DNA from: a virus
Taxonomy: Duplodnaviria; Caudoviricetes
Length of the DNA stretch: 32,723 nucleotides
IMG/VR virus record: IMGVR_UViG_3300007863_000008
Span: 1 to 32,723 of that record
Direction: 5' to 3' (one strand)
The stretch's first letter is position 1, and every line of letters starts with the position of its first letter. The notes under the pieces are model-generated. The model did not search any database and was not told the DNA's origin. It saw nothing but the letters and a program-made list of their open reading frames with translations. The translations under genes were made by a program, and so were the position numbers. Positions 24,387-32,723 of this stretch are shown here, in pieces.

Positions 24387-25413
24387 AGTTTATCGTAGTG
24401 ACTTAGGTTTTGGTCAAGGTTATGATGGTCAAAACTATTATGAAGTAGATGAAGATAGAGCTAAAGAATTAGAAGCTATTGGTTATTCAAGAACTCCTGT
24501 ATCAACTGAAGATAGGTCTAATCCTGGTGGTTCAATATTTACTGGAACTGATGATGTAAGTTTTTATTCTGATGTAGATGCTGCAATGTCTGGTGTATCT
24601 AATACAGCTAGTGGTCGTTCTGCAAGTACAGGTGCTGCATTAGCTAAGTCTTTATTTGCAATGTATCCAGAAAAATTAGTAGATTTATATTCAGGTTTTT
24701 GGGTACAATACGGTAATGAAAAAATAGCTAAAGGTATGTTAATTAAAACTCCAGAATACAAAAAAGAATTTGGTTATTTACTTAGAGAAGATGGAACAAT
24801 GCGTATGACTGAAATAGAAGCATTGTCTAATAAAGCTTCTTTTAAAAATACTTTGGCAGAATTTGGTATTGAATATACAGAAGCTTTTAATAAACAATTT
24901 GAAACTATGATAGAAAATGATGTTAGTCCATTAGAGTTTGATACACGTGTAAATACTGTATATCAATCTGTAATTGACGATATACCACAAGTAGTCGAAC
25001 TATATGCTAATCAATACGGTATTAATGGTGTTACACCAGAGCTTGTATTAGCTGGTTTACTTAATCCAGATATACAAGATGCAATACTTAATAATGAAAT
25101 AGAAACATTGCAAATAGGTGCAGAAGGAGTAGCTGCTGGTTTTACATTTGATTTTGATAGAGTTAATAAATTAAGAAAAGCAGGATTTACTAGACAAACT
25201 GCTAAAGGTTTATACGGTAATGCAGGAACGTTCTTAGGACAAGAACAAAGTATCGATAGAGGATTAGATATATCTACATTAGAAGAATCAGCTATTGGAA
25301 ATACAGAAGCTATGTCAGCTGTAGCAAAAGCGTCTGATGAAGCAGCAGCTGAAAGTTCTTTTATTACAGGTTCTAGAAAAAAAGGTGACAAAATTACAGG
25401 ACTTACAACTTAA
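24379..25413 (+). CDS. putative internal virion protein, 344 aa
   Basis: AAGGAG RBS; TPEYKKEF...MTEIEAL...VSPLEFDTRV; context only. Confidence 0.55.
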   Translation: MVKVYRSDLGFGQGYDGQNYYEVDEDRAKELEAIGYSRTPVSTEDRSNPGGSIFTGTDDVSFYSDVDAAMSGVSNTASGRSASTGAALAKSLFAMYPEKLVDLYSGFWVQYGNEKIAKGMLIKTPEYKKEFGYLLREDGTMRMTEIEALSNKASFKNTLAEFGIEYTEAFNKQFETMIENDVSPLEFDTRVNTVYQSVIDDIPQVVELYANQYGINGVTPELVLAGLLNPDIQDAILNNEIETLQIGAEGVAAGFTFDFDRVNKLRKAGFTRQTAKGLYGNAGTFLGQEQSIDRGLDISTLEESAIGNTEAMSAVAKASDEAAAESSFITGSRKKGDKITGLTT

Positions 25414-25430
25414 TAGTGTATAATAGTTTT

Positions 25431-25620
25431 ATGCGTTGAGAGGTCCGCAGTACAATAGACCATCAAATCGGCTTTCAGGCCTACGTTGAAAGCTTGTATT
25501 AAATACGTAGAGTAATGGACTTGTAGCTTATAGCTACCAGAGGTGCAAGTCAAGTGGTAAGGTAGCACCACGGCAAGATGCCTATGGTCTTGTCTGATAG
25601 GTTAACACATAGTGGAGGTA
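25431..25620 (+). ncRNA. structured 5' leader of the scaffold-capsid operon with a putative pseudoknot
   Basis: TATAAT at 25419-25424; hairpin 25471-25493 whose loop CTACGT is complementary to ACGTAG 25505-25510; stems 25518-25525/25544-25551, 25554-25571 and 25572-25582; closing helix 25457-25463/25584-25590. Confidence 0.55.
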
Positions 25621-25624
25621 CAAA

Positions 25625-26089
25625 ATGGAAGAATTTGATGCACCGCAAGAACATGGTGTAAAACAATTACGCGAAACAGTTGAACGTAAAGACGAACAAC
25701 TTAAAAAACTAGAAGCTGAACTGGCATCTTTTAAAGACAAAGAGCTAGATAATGTTTTTGGTAAGTTGGGATTACAAACAGACAAAGGTTTCGGTAAGGC
25801 ATTAAAACAAGTGTACAATGGACCTGTTGATACAGAATCTATTGCACAGTTTGCTAAAGACGAATATGGTTTTGAAGCTAGTGGAACTGTCACAGAACAA
25901 CCACAAACTGAAGACGTACCAGTAGCCCAAGATGATGCTCGTGCTAGAGTAGCTGCACTTGATGCAAATTCACGTTCAGATGTACCGTTAGACGTAATGA
26001 GTCAACTAGACCAAATAGTTGCTACAGGTGATACTAAGGCAAGTATTAGAGCTAGATTGGCATTACTCGACCAAGAAGAAAAAAAGTAA
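25625..26089 (+). CDS. capsid scaffolding protein
   Basis: GGAGG RBS; N-terminal coiled coil (VKQLRE...LKKLEAELASFK); acidic; immediately upstream of the MCP. Confidence 0.75.
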   Translation: MEEFDAPQEHGVKQLRETVERKDEQLKKLEAELASFKDKELDNVFGKLGLQTDKGFGKALKQVYNGPVDTESIAQFAKDEYGFEASGTVTEQPQTEDVPVAQDDARARVAALDANSRSDVPLDVMSQLDQIVATGDTKASIRARLALLDQEEKK

Positions 26090-26122
26090 CAGTTTAATAC
26101 AAGATAATAACGGAGGTAAATT

Positions 26123-27250
26123 ATGGGAGCTATTTCGCTTACCAATAATTCAATTTACGCACAGAAAATTAATAACTTTTCTGGCGAGCTATTCCGTGTC
26201 GGTGGTCAAAGAACACCTTTCTTATCTGCAACTGGAGGATTAAACGGAGGTAAGGTTTTACAATCTACATTCTGGCAAATCCAAGCAGCTGACAATGCAA
26301 CTGTATCTTCTGAACCTACTAAAGGTCAAGAAGGTGCGCAACCTACAGAATATTTAGGTCGCGATAGAGTAGCATTCACAGGTGTAACGCAGGTATTCCA
26401 TAAAGGTGTAAAGATGACTTACACAGCAATGGCATCATACGGAAACCAAAATCCATTTGACTTGTCTGCAAATATTGCAAACAGTTCTGATGGTGATGGA
26501 ACACTTACAGCTGGAGATAAGCTAGCGCTTGCTGGTGGAAATCCAATTGTTGACGAATTTGCAGAGCAAATGTCTCTAGCAATGGAAAAAGTAGCAAGAG
26601 AAGTAGAATGGTTCGCATTCAACGGTACATTTGCAGATGGTGCTAATACAACACCAGGTGCAGGTACAAGAGAAATGCGTGGACTTGCAGAATACTTAGC
26701 TCTTAACGCTAATGCTAATAACTCAGTAGCCGCTGGTGGTATCAATGGTAACATTTACTATAACGATACAGCTGGAGATGGCTCTGGAACAGACCAAAAA
26801 CTACACTGGGATACAATCGCTGGTGCATTAAAGAGGCTTTATGATGCTTCTGCACCAATGCTTAATCCTGTTTTGTGTGTAAGCCCACAACAATTGTTAG
26901 ACCTTAACAAAGAACTAACAGTTGATGGTGCTATATCTGGTGCATTAACAGCTGCTGTTTTACCAAGAGATAGAAATATCGCTGGTATCGACATTGATAC
27001 AGTTGTAACACCATTTGGTTCAATTGGTATGATGGTCATTGACCCTAATATCATTACTGCAAACAAAGCATTTATTGTAGACTTTGCATTCGTACAACCA
27101 GTATTTACCAACATCCCAGGATTTGGTACAGTATTCGTACGTGACATTGACCAAGATGATTACGCAAGAGTAGCAAAAGCAATCTACATGGAAATGGGAT
27201 ACGACTTCGGTCCTCCTTCATACCACTGTATGATTAATGATGTTGCTTAG
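26123..27250 (+). CDS. major capsid protein (HK97 fold, SU10 MCP/DUF5309-like)
   Basis: TPFLS..G, EGA.P, TQVF.K.V.MT.TA, REVE....NG, TR.M.GL and IDTVVTPFG patterns; GGAGGT RBS. Confidence 0.88.
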   Translation: MGAISLTNNSIYAQKINNFSGELFRVGGQRTPFLSATGGLNGGKVLQSTFWQIQAADNATVSSEPTKGQEGAQPTEYLGRDRVAFTGVTQVFHKGVKMTYTAMASYGNQNPFDLSANIANSSDGDGTLTAGDKLALAGGNPIVDEFAEQMSLAMEKVAREVEWFAFNGTFADGANTTPGAGTREMRGLAEYLALNANANNSVAAGGINGNIYYNDTAGDGSGTDQKLHWDTIAGALKRLYDASAPMLNPVLCVSPQQLLDLNKELTVDGAISGALTAAVLPRDRNIAGIDIDTVVTPFGSIGMMVIDPNIITANKAFIVDFAFVQPVFTNIPGFGTVFVRDIDQDDYARVAKAIYMEMGYDFGPPSYHCMINDVA

Positions 27251-27263
27251 ATAGCAAAAAATT

Positions 27264-27310
27264 TAGTAGAAACTTTCGGGTTGTAGCAATACCTCTCGAA
27301 AGTTCTGCTA
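27264..27310 (+). terminator. stem-loop after the capsid gene (terminator without U-tract, or processing/stabilising site)
   Basis: tagtagaaactttcggg ... ctcgaaagttctgcta, about 16 bp with G-U pairs on the plus strand. Confidence 0.6.
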
Positions 27311-27323
27311 TAGTTAGGAAAAT

Positions 27324-27659
27324 ATGAGTAATACATACGCAAAAACAGCAACAATAGCATCTGGTGAAACTGCAAGTGACGTTATAGATACTAAAGGTAT
27401 GGCTTTAGCAGGAGTAAGATTTCCCGCAGCTTTTACAGGAGCTACTGTAACAATACAATATAGTTTAGATGGAACAGCTAATATGAATACAGTAAATAAT
27501 GCTGCAGGTGCAGCAATAACATTCACAAAAGCCTTAAACGGTTGGTGTGCAGTTGACCCGTATACATTTGCATTAGTAAAAGGCGGATACATTAAAGTAG
27601 TTTCTGCTAGTTCTGAAGCTGCTGAAAGACAAATAGATTTAGTATTCGTTAGCGTCTAG
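27324..27659 (+). CDS. small beta-rich virion protein (decoration/spike-base-like), 111 aa
   Basis: TATIASGETASDVID...G..FPAAFTGATVT pattern; directly after the MCP. Confidence 0.6.
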   Translation: MSNTYAKTATIASGETASDVIDTKGMALAGVRFPAAFTGATVTIQYSLDGTANMNTVNNAAGAAITFTKALNGWCAVDPYTFALVKGGYIKVVSASSEAAERQIDLVFVSV

Positions 27660-27667
27660 GAGTTACT

Positions 27668-28684
27668 ATGAGTTTAAACATAGGACACCTTATAGACAGG
27701 GTTTTTAGAGAGTATCTAGAACCTAACGATGACGTATCGTCTTTCACAGTTTTAAAAGATGGTATGACTGATTCCTCTACAGATACAATAATTGATTATG
27801 ATAATACGTATCTAACATCTGAAGAAGAAGATGCATTAGGAACTGGTGCTTACATCGAAGTAGGAGAAGAACTAATGCTAGTTGCTTCATTAAATACTTC
27901 ATCACAACAAATAACTGTTGTTAGAGCTGCACGTGGTACAACAATTGCTGCACATACTACAGGTGATTTATTAAAAATTAATCCTCCATTCACTCGTAAA
28001 GTAGTCTTTGATGCTATATCAGACCAAGTAGAAAACCTTTACCCTACCCTATTTGCTGTTGAAACAATAACTGCTACTGCAAGTACAGGTTATGTTATAT
28101 TAGGTACACATGGTTCAGATGCAGATACATATAATTATTTAGTAAACCCTATAAAAGCTATATCACAGTACACAGATTTTGCAAGTAATTCAGATTCAAC
28201 AGGTAGTATGTTTGCACCTGTATCTGTACAGTTAATACAATTACCTAATCCATTTGTTTATACAGATGATTCAGGTACTGAAAGAACTAAAACATATACT
28301 GATGGACCGTCAGTAGTTAATGCATTACAGTTTTATAGTATTGCTTCTGGTAATTCAGCATATGTTACTTTCAAAAAGAAATTTATTGCACCTGCTAATG
28401 AAGCAACAACATTAGCTTCTATAGGTTTAGAATCAGAATATGAACCAATAGTTATGGCAGGAGTAGCTGCACAAATAATGTCAGGTAGAGATATACCTAT
28501 GGCAACACAAAATTATATAACTGAATCTTTACAAGCTGCTGTATATCCTGTAGGTTCATCAACAAGTATTAGAAATTCATTATTACAATATCAACAAATA
28601 CTTATACAACAAGCTAGAAAAAACTTAAGAGCAAGGTATCCTGAATCCGTATCAATAAACGGCACACATAATCCAGGTATATAA
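27668..28684 (+). CDS. putative head-tail adaptor (tail tubular protein A-like), 338 aa
   Basis: AGGAG RBS; position between the MCP and the nozzle-like gene; helical termini; inserted IEVGEELMLV...TVVRAARGT..AAH..GD beta domain. Confidence 0.6.
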   Translation: MSLNIGHLIDRVFREYLEPNDDVSSFTVLKDGMTDSSTDTIIDYDNTYLTSEEEDALGTGAYIEVGEELMLVASLNTSSQQITVVRAARGTTIAAHTTGDLLKINPPFTRKVVFDAISDQVENLYPTLFAVETITATASTGYVILGTHGSDADTYNYLVNPIKAISQYTDFASNSDSTGSMFAPVSVQLIQLPNPFVYTDDSGTERTKTYTDGPSVVNALQFYSIASGNSAYVTFKKKFIAPANEATTLASIGLESEYEPIVMAGVAAQIMSGRDIPMATQNYITESLQAAVYPVGSSTSIRNSLLQYQQILIQQARKNLRARYPESVSINGTHNPGI

Positions 28685-30672
28685 TGGTAAGAGTACCTCT
28701 TGCATCTGAGATAACAAATCCTAAAAGACACGGGTATAGTTTACAATTAGACGATTTACTTATGCGTACAGCTACAGGTCCTAATAGAGTTTTAACTGTA
28801 CAATCAGCAGAGTTTCCGCAACAAAGTATAAACCTTGCAGTCAATCCTGAAGATATTACTACAAACGTAGGACAGATTTTTTCTAGAAGTAACTTTAGTG
28901 GTGGTGAGGGATTAGACACAGCACATCAAAGAAATGGTGAAGAAGATGATGTAAGTAAATTTTTTGATTCTAAAGGTATAGATGTTTTTCATGGAGATGA
29001 AGAAGGAAGCTACAAGATACATTTATTAAAAGCTACTGATGAAATAAACGTACGTGGTGGTAGTAATGATTTACAAGGTAGTAATAACTATTTAGCACAA
29101 ACAACTAATGGTAATTTGTATCTTACTGATAATACTAGCATCTATGTATCAACAGATAATGGTGCTACATGGGCAGCAGTAACAACTGGTTTAACAATAA
29201 ATTACAACTTTACAGGTATTGTTGCTTTTGGTAATGGATTGTTTGCTACTACTGCAGATGGTACAAGTAATTCAGAGTTAATAAAATTTGATGGTACATC
29301 TACATGGACTGAAGAAACTACTCATATGAGTTCTAATGGTGGACTAACAGGTATATGGTTTTCCAAAGGACAGTTATTTATTAGTGGTAAAAAAAGTACA
29401 GCAGAATATTTGTGGGCTGTAAGTCCTTTTGATAAAACTTGGTCTGGTTCAGACTTACAAGTTGCTGATGCAATTATAGTTTCAGAGAATACACACAATA
29501 TTACAGGTGTAGTAGATGCAGGTGCAGTCGTACTTGTTTCTAGTACAGATGGAAATATTTATTCTATTAAAGATGTAGCTGGAACTATGACTCTTAAAGG
29601 GCAAACAAATGTACCTTTTGAAGAAGTGCATAGTATTTCTGCTACAGAAGGTATTGTATTTTTTGGTACAAAAGAAGTTTCTACAAATACTGGTAGATTG
29701 TATCGTTCACAATTAACTGTTGCTGATGATTTGTATGTGTTAGCTGATAGACAGTTAATAAAAGAATGGATTATATCTGGCATAGATGCTTCACCAAAAC
29801 ATATGTTTGCAACAAGAGACAGTATTTATATGGGTGTAAAAGAATCTAATACTGAAGCATATTTATGGAGATATTATTTACCAACTGCAGGATTAGCTAG
29901 AGATTTAGAAATAGGAACAGGTTCTTTTATTACAGGTATTACTCAAAGTAATGGTAAGTTTATTATTGTTGGTGCTGGAAAAGATATATATAAAGAAAGT
30001 GCAACAATATTTGTGCAAGAAGGTTATTTAATATTACCAAATGCAGACTTTTTTACATCAGAATCTAAACAATGGGTAGGTATAGAAGTAGAACATAATG
30101 AATTATCTGAAGGTAGACAAGTAGATGTTTATATATCTACTACATATGACACTATAGATAATCCAGATAGTGCTAACTGGGAATTAGTTGGGCAATCAGT
30201 TGCTGGTACTGGTGGTGTAGAGTATGAATTAAACAGAACAGCTAGATACGTTAACTCAAAGATAGTAATAAAACCTAATACAACATTTACATCTTCTCCT
30301 GAGTTTAGGTCTGTAGCTATTAGAGCTTTGCCTAGACCAGAACTTGTAGTTGTAACAATACCAATAAATTTATCTGACCAAATAGAAAGACCAAATAGAA
30401 AAAGATTACGTGTAACAGGTTTAGGTGAAACTATTTATCAAACTTTAAAAAATAAAGAAGGAGATGCTGTTACATTAATTTTGTATGAACCTAGTGAAAC
30501 CATAAGAGGTGTGGTAGAATCTGTTGAGTATCCAATTATTGAAGATGGAAAATTAGGTTCTGTTACTCAGTATTGCATGATACGTGTAAGAGGTGTTAGA
30601 GCTGAAAGTACTACTACATCTATATCTAGATTACTAGGTGTTGGTACATTAGCTGTAACTAATTTAGGATAA
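28684..30672 (+). CDS. putative tail nozzle (tail tubular protein B-like, beta-propeller), 662 aa
   Basis: Beta-rich repeats, Asp-box VSTDNGATW, FSGGEG...FFDSKGIDV N-terminal pattern; size and position fit a podovirus nozzle. Confidence 0.65.
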   Translation: MVRVPLASEITNPKRHGYSLQLDDLLMRTATGPNRVLTVQSAEFPQQSINLAVNPEDITTNVGQIFSRSNFSGGEGLDTAHQRNGEEDDVSKFFDSKGIDVFHGDEEGSYKIHLLKATDEINVRGGSNDLQGSNNYLAQTTNGNLYLTDNTSIYVSTDNGATWAAVTTGLTINYNFTGIVAFGNGLFATTADGTSNSELIKFDGTSTWTEETTHMSSNGGLTGIWFSKGQLFISGKKSTAEYLWAVSPFDKTWSGSDLQVADAIIVSENTHNITGVVDAGAVVLVSSTDGNIYSIKDVAGTMTLKGQTNVPFEEVHSISATEGIVFFGTKEVSTNTGRLYRSQLTVADDLYVLADRQLIKEWIISGIDASPKHMFATRDSIYMGVKESNTEAYLWRYYLPTAGLARDLEIGTGSFITGITQSNGKFIIVGAGKDIYKESATIFVQEGYLILPNADFFTSESKQWVGIEVEHNELSEGRQVDVYISTTYDTIDNPDSANWELVGQSVAGTGGVEYELNRTARYVNSKIVIKPNTTFTSSPEFRSVAIRALPRPELVVVTIPINLSDQIERPNRKRLRVTGLGETIYQTLKNKEGDAVTLILYEPSETIRGVVESVEYPIIEDGKLGSVTQYCMIRVRGVRAESTTTSISRLLGVGTLAVTNLG

Positions 30673-30673
30673 T

Positions 30674-30904
30674 ATGAATAACGAAATTGTAAAAAGATAT
30701 AATCAACAGAAACATCTTAAAAATAATATACATAAAGCTGTAAAAAGTAATATAGAAAATAAAGCACAAACATTTGGAGTTATTGGTACAGTAAAATCAA
30801 TTTATAAAATAAAAAAATTGGATAAAAGTATCAATAAATTAGGTAATCAATTTAAACCAACTAAAAAAACTCTGCCAAAAAATAGTTACAAAGGTTATAA
30901 TTAA
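30674..30904 (+). CDS. small highly basic (Lys/Asn-rich) hypothetical protein, 76 aa
   Basis: AGGA RBS; TAATG-coupled to the fibre gene; conspicuously A-rich DNA. Confidence 0.6.
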   Translation: MNNEIVKRYNQQKHLKNNIHKAVKSNIENKAQTFGVIGTVKSIYKIKKLDKSINKLGNQFKPTKKTLPKNSYKGYN

Positions 30905-32723
30905 TGGTAGCAAGAGAAACACAGTTACAAAACGCATACGAAACAACATTAATATCTGCATTGTCTGCAAGCTCGTCAGACCAAACAGTCTCGGTTGCAG
31001 CTTCCCCAGCAAGTATTGGTGATTTTTCATCAGGAACATCAGGATTTTATTTAGTAATTGACCCAGATAGCGACTCTACTAGAGAGTATGTTTACGTATC
31101 AGCAAAATCTGGTGTTAACTTAACAACTACTAGAAACATAGATACTTACGGTGGTGGATTAAATGCTCATTCTATTGGAGCTAAAGTTAGATTTGTTGCT
31201 ATGGCAGAAATGTTTGATGATGTACATGACAGAGTAGATACAATAATTAACGAAGCTGGTACAGCAGTTAATACAACATTATTTTTAGATGAAGATAACA
31301 TGGCATCAAACTCTGCAACTAAAGGTGTTACACAGCAATCAGTTAAAGCTTATGTAGATAGTAACGTAACTGCACAAGATTTAGATATAACAGATGGTTC
31401 TACTACAAGTGCTGTTGACTTAGATAGTCAAGCATTAACTATACAAGGTACAGCTAATGAAGCAACTGTAGGATTAACAGGACAAGCATTTACAGTTGGA
31501 CTACCAAGTTCTATCACAGTTAACGTAACAGGTAACTTAACAGGTAATGTGACAGGAAATGTTACAGGTAACTTAACTGGAGATGTTACAGGAGACGTTA
31601 CAGGTGATTTAACAGGTAATGTAACTGGTAACGTTACTGGTAATGTTACAGGTGCAGTTACAGGAAACGTAACTGGAAACCTAACAGGTAATGTAACTGG
31701 TGATGTTACTGGAGATGTAACTGGAAATTTAACTGGAAACGTAACAGGCAATGTATCTGGTACAGCTTCAGGATTATCAGCAACATTATCAGTTGCTACA
31801 GGTGGTACAGGACAAACATCTTACACAGATGGTCAATTACTTATAGGTAAAACTACAGGTAATACACTATCTAAAGCTACATTAACTGCAGGAACTAATG
31901 TAACTATAACTAATGGTTCGGGTGCTATTACAATTGCAGCTACAGATACCAACACAGAATACACAGCTGGTGATGGTTTAGATTTAACTGGTACAACATT
32001 TAGTACTGACCTTAAATCAAATGGTGGACTTGTAATAGAATCTACAGAATTAGCCGTAGATTTAGCAGCTAGTTCAATAACAGGAACACTTGATGAAACA
32101 GACGGTGGTACTGGACTTACAAGTTATACTACTGGAGATATTCTTTATGCTTCTGGTAGCAATACACTTGCAAAATTAGGTATAGGTTCATCAGGGCAGA
32201 CTTTACAAGTATCATCTGGTGGTATTGTAGAATGGGCAACAGCAACAACTGGAGATATAACAGGTGTTACTGCTGGTACAGCTTTAGATGGCGGAGGAGT
32301 AACTGGTACAGTAACATTAAATGTTGATGTAAATGCAGCTAGTGTTGTTACAGCTACTACATCAGATTATATTCTTATAGAAGATGTAACAGACAACAGT
32401 ACAAAAAAAGCTTTAATATCAGATATAGTTTCTGCAGGAGATATAACAGAAGTAAATACAGCAGCTAACTCTGGTTTAGCTGGAGGTGCAACATCTGGAG
32501 CAGTATCGTTAACTGTAGACCCATCTAACTTAGCTGATGGTACAGGTATAACAGCAGATACAGCAAATGACTTCTTAATTATGGAAGATGTTACAGATGG
32601 AACTGTATATAAAATAAATCCTAATCAAATAGCATCAGGTTCAGCATCTGCATTATCAGATGGAGATTCAGACTTTACACTTACAGATGGTATTGCTAAT
32701 GGAATACACTACGAGTTAGACAA
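30904..32723 (+). CDS. tail fibre protein, 3'-truncated by the window edge (MVARETQLQNAYETTL...)
   Basis: Hand-translated; open from ATG 30904 to the end and absent from the ORF track because it has no stop. G/T/S/A-rich; LDEDNMASNSATK..TQQSVKAYVD, GGTG.TSYT.G and GDIT.V..G..L.GG fibre modules. Confidence 0.88.
   Translation, partial: MVARETQLQNAYETTLISALSASSSDQTVSVAASPASIGDFSSGTSGFYLVIDPDSDSTREYVYVSAKSGVNLTTTRNIDTYGGGLNAHSIGAKVRFVAMAEMFDDVHDRVDTIINEAGTAVNTTLFLDEDNMASNSATKGVTQQSVKAYVDSNVTAQDLDITDGSTTSAVDLDSQALTIQGTANEATVGLTGQAFTVGLPSSITVNVTGNLTGNVTGNVTGNLTGDVTGDVTGDLTGNVTGNVTGNVTGAVTGNVTGNLTGNVTGDVTGDVTGNLTGNVTGNVSGTASGLSATLSVATGGTGQTSYTDGQLLIGKTTGNTLSKATLTAGTNVTITNGSGAITIAATDTNTEYTAGDGLDLTGTTFSTDLKSNGGLVIESTELAVDLAASSITGTLDETDGGTGLTSYTTGDILYASGSNTLAKLGIGSSGQTLQVSSGGIVEWATATTGDITGVTAGTALDGGGVTGTVTLNVDVNAASVVTATTSDYILIEDVTDNSTKKALISDIVSAGDITEVNTAANSGLAGGATSGAVSLTVDPSNLADGTGITADTANDFLIMEDVTDGTVYKINPNQIASGSASALSDGDSDFTLTDGIANGIHYELD
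31522..31761 (+). repeat. 20 x 12-nt coding tandem repeat encoding [N/D/A][V/L]TG
   Basis: NVTG NLTG NVTG NVTG NLTG DVTG DVTG DLTG ... NVSG, with synonymous variation between units. Confidence 0.92.

Noticed and set aside
25470-25551. Pistol ribozyme resemblance (hairpin-loop pseudoknot, TTAAATA, GGTGCAA)
   Set aside because: The AAA linker between P1 and P2 and the conserved nucleotides after the pseudoknot are not in pistol order; kept only as an unknown structured leader.
12362-31751. Minus-strand ORFs within the structural arm (including 31428-31751 PVT repeats) and the plus-strand 26019-26243 ORF
   Set aside because: They are antisense or alternative-frame by-products of codon bias and of the GNVT repeat.
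1-32723. Genetic-code reassignment, integrase/att site, introns/inteins, diversity-generating retroelement
   Set aside because: Genes tile densely under the standard code with all three stops in use, and no integrase, reverse transcriptase, intein or group I/II intron motifs were seen.

Overview
The window is an internal fragment of an AT-rich tailed phage genome with podovirus-like structural genes, organised as two divergent arms. The leftward arm (1-10833, minus strand) holds many tightly coupled small genes: several Cys-rich microproteins missing from the ORF track, a MoxR/CobS-like AAA+ ATPase with its HEXXH+VWA partner, a metallophosphoesterase, a Rad52/Sak-like recombinase followed by a Zn-ribbon protein with an SSB-like tail, a winged HTH, an SLT/Rpf-like transglycosylase and a SET-domain protein. 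The rightward arm (11604-end) encodes a terminase with an N-terminal Zn-finger+HTH extension, portal, four probable internal/ejection proteins (one of 2022 aa), scaffold, an SU10/DUF5309-type major capsid protein, adaptor- and nozzle-like tail proteins and a tail fibre that runs off the end. An actinobacterial low-GC host is a tentative inference. The most unusual signal is non-coding and looks like a layer of RNA-based translational control. Long RBS-sequestering hairpins with a shared 11-nt apical motif precede two probable paralogues, one of which ends in a QLSLF clamp-binding motif. Two ~250-nt structured elements display anti-Shine-Dalgarno-like loops, one gene has a mutually exclusive dual-start switch, and a pseudoknotted leader precedes the scaffold/capsid genes. 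Helically phased NrdR-box-like palindromes lie in the divergent control region. All family calls come from motif recognition by eye; no searches or folding programs were run.
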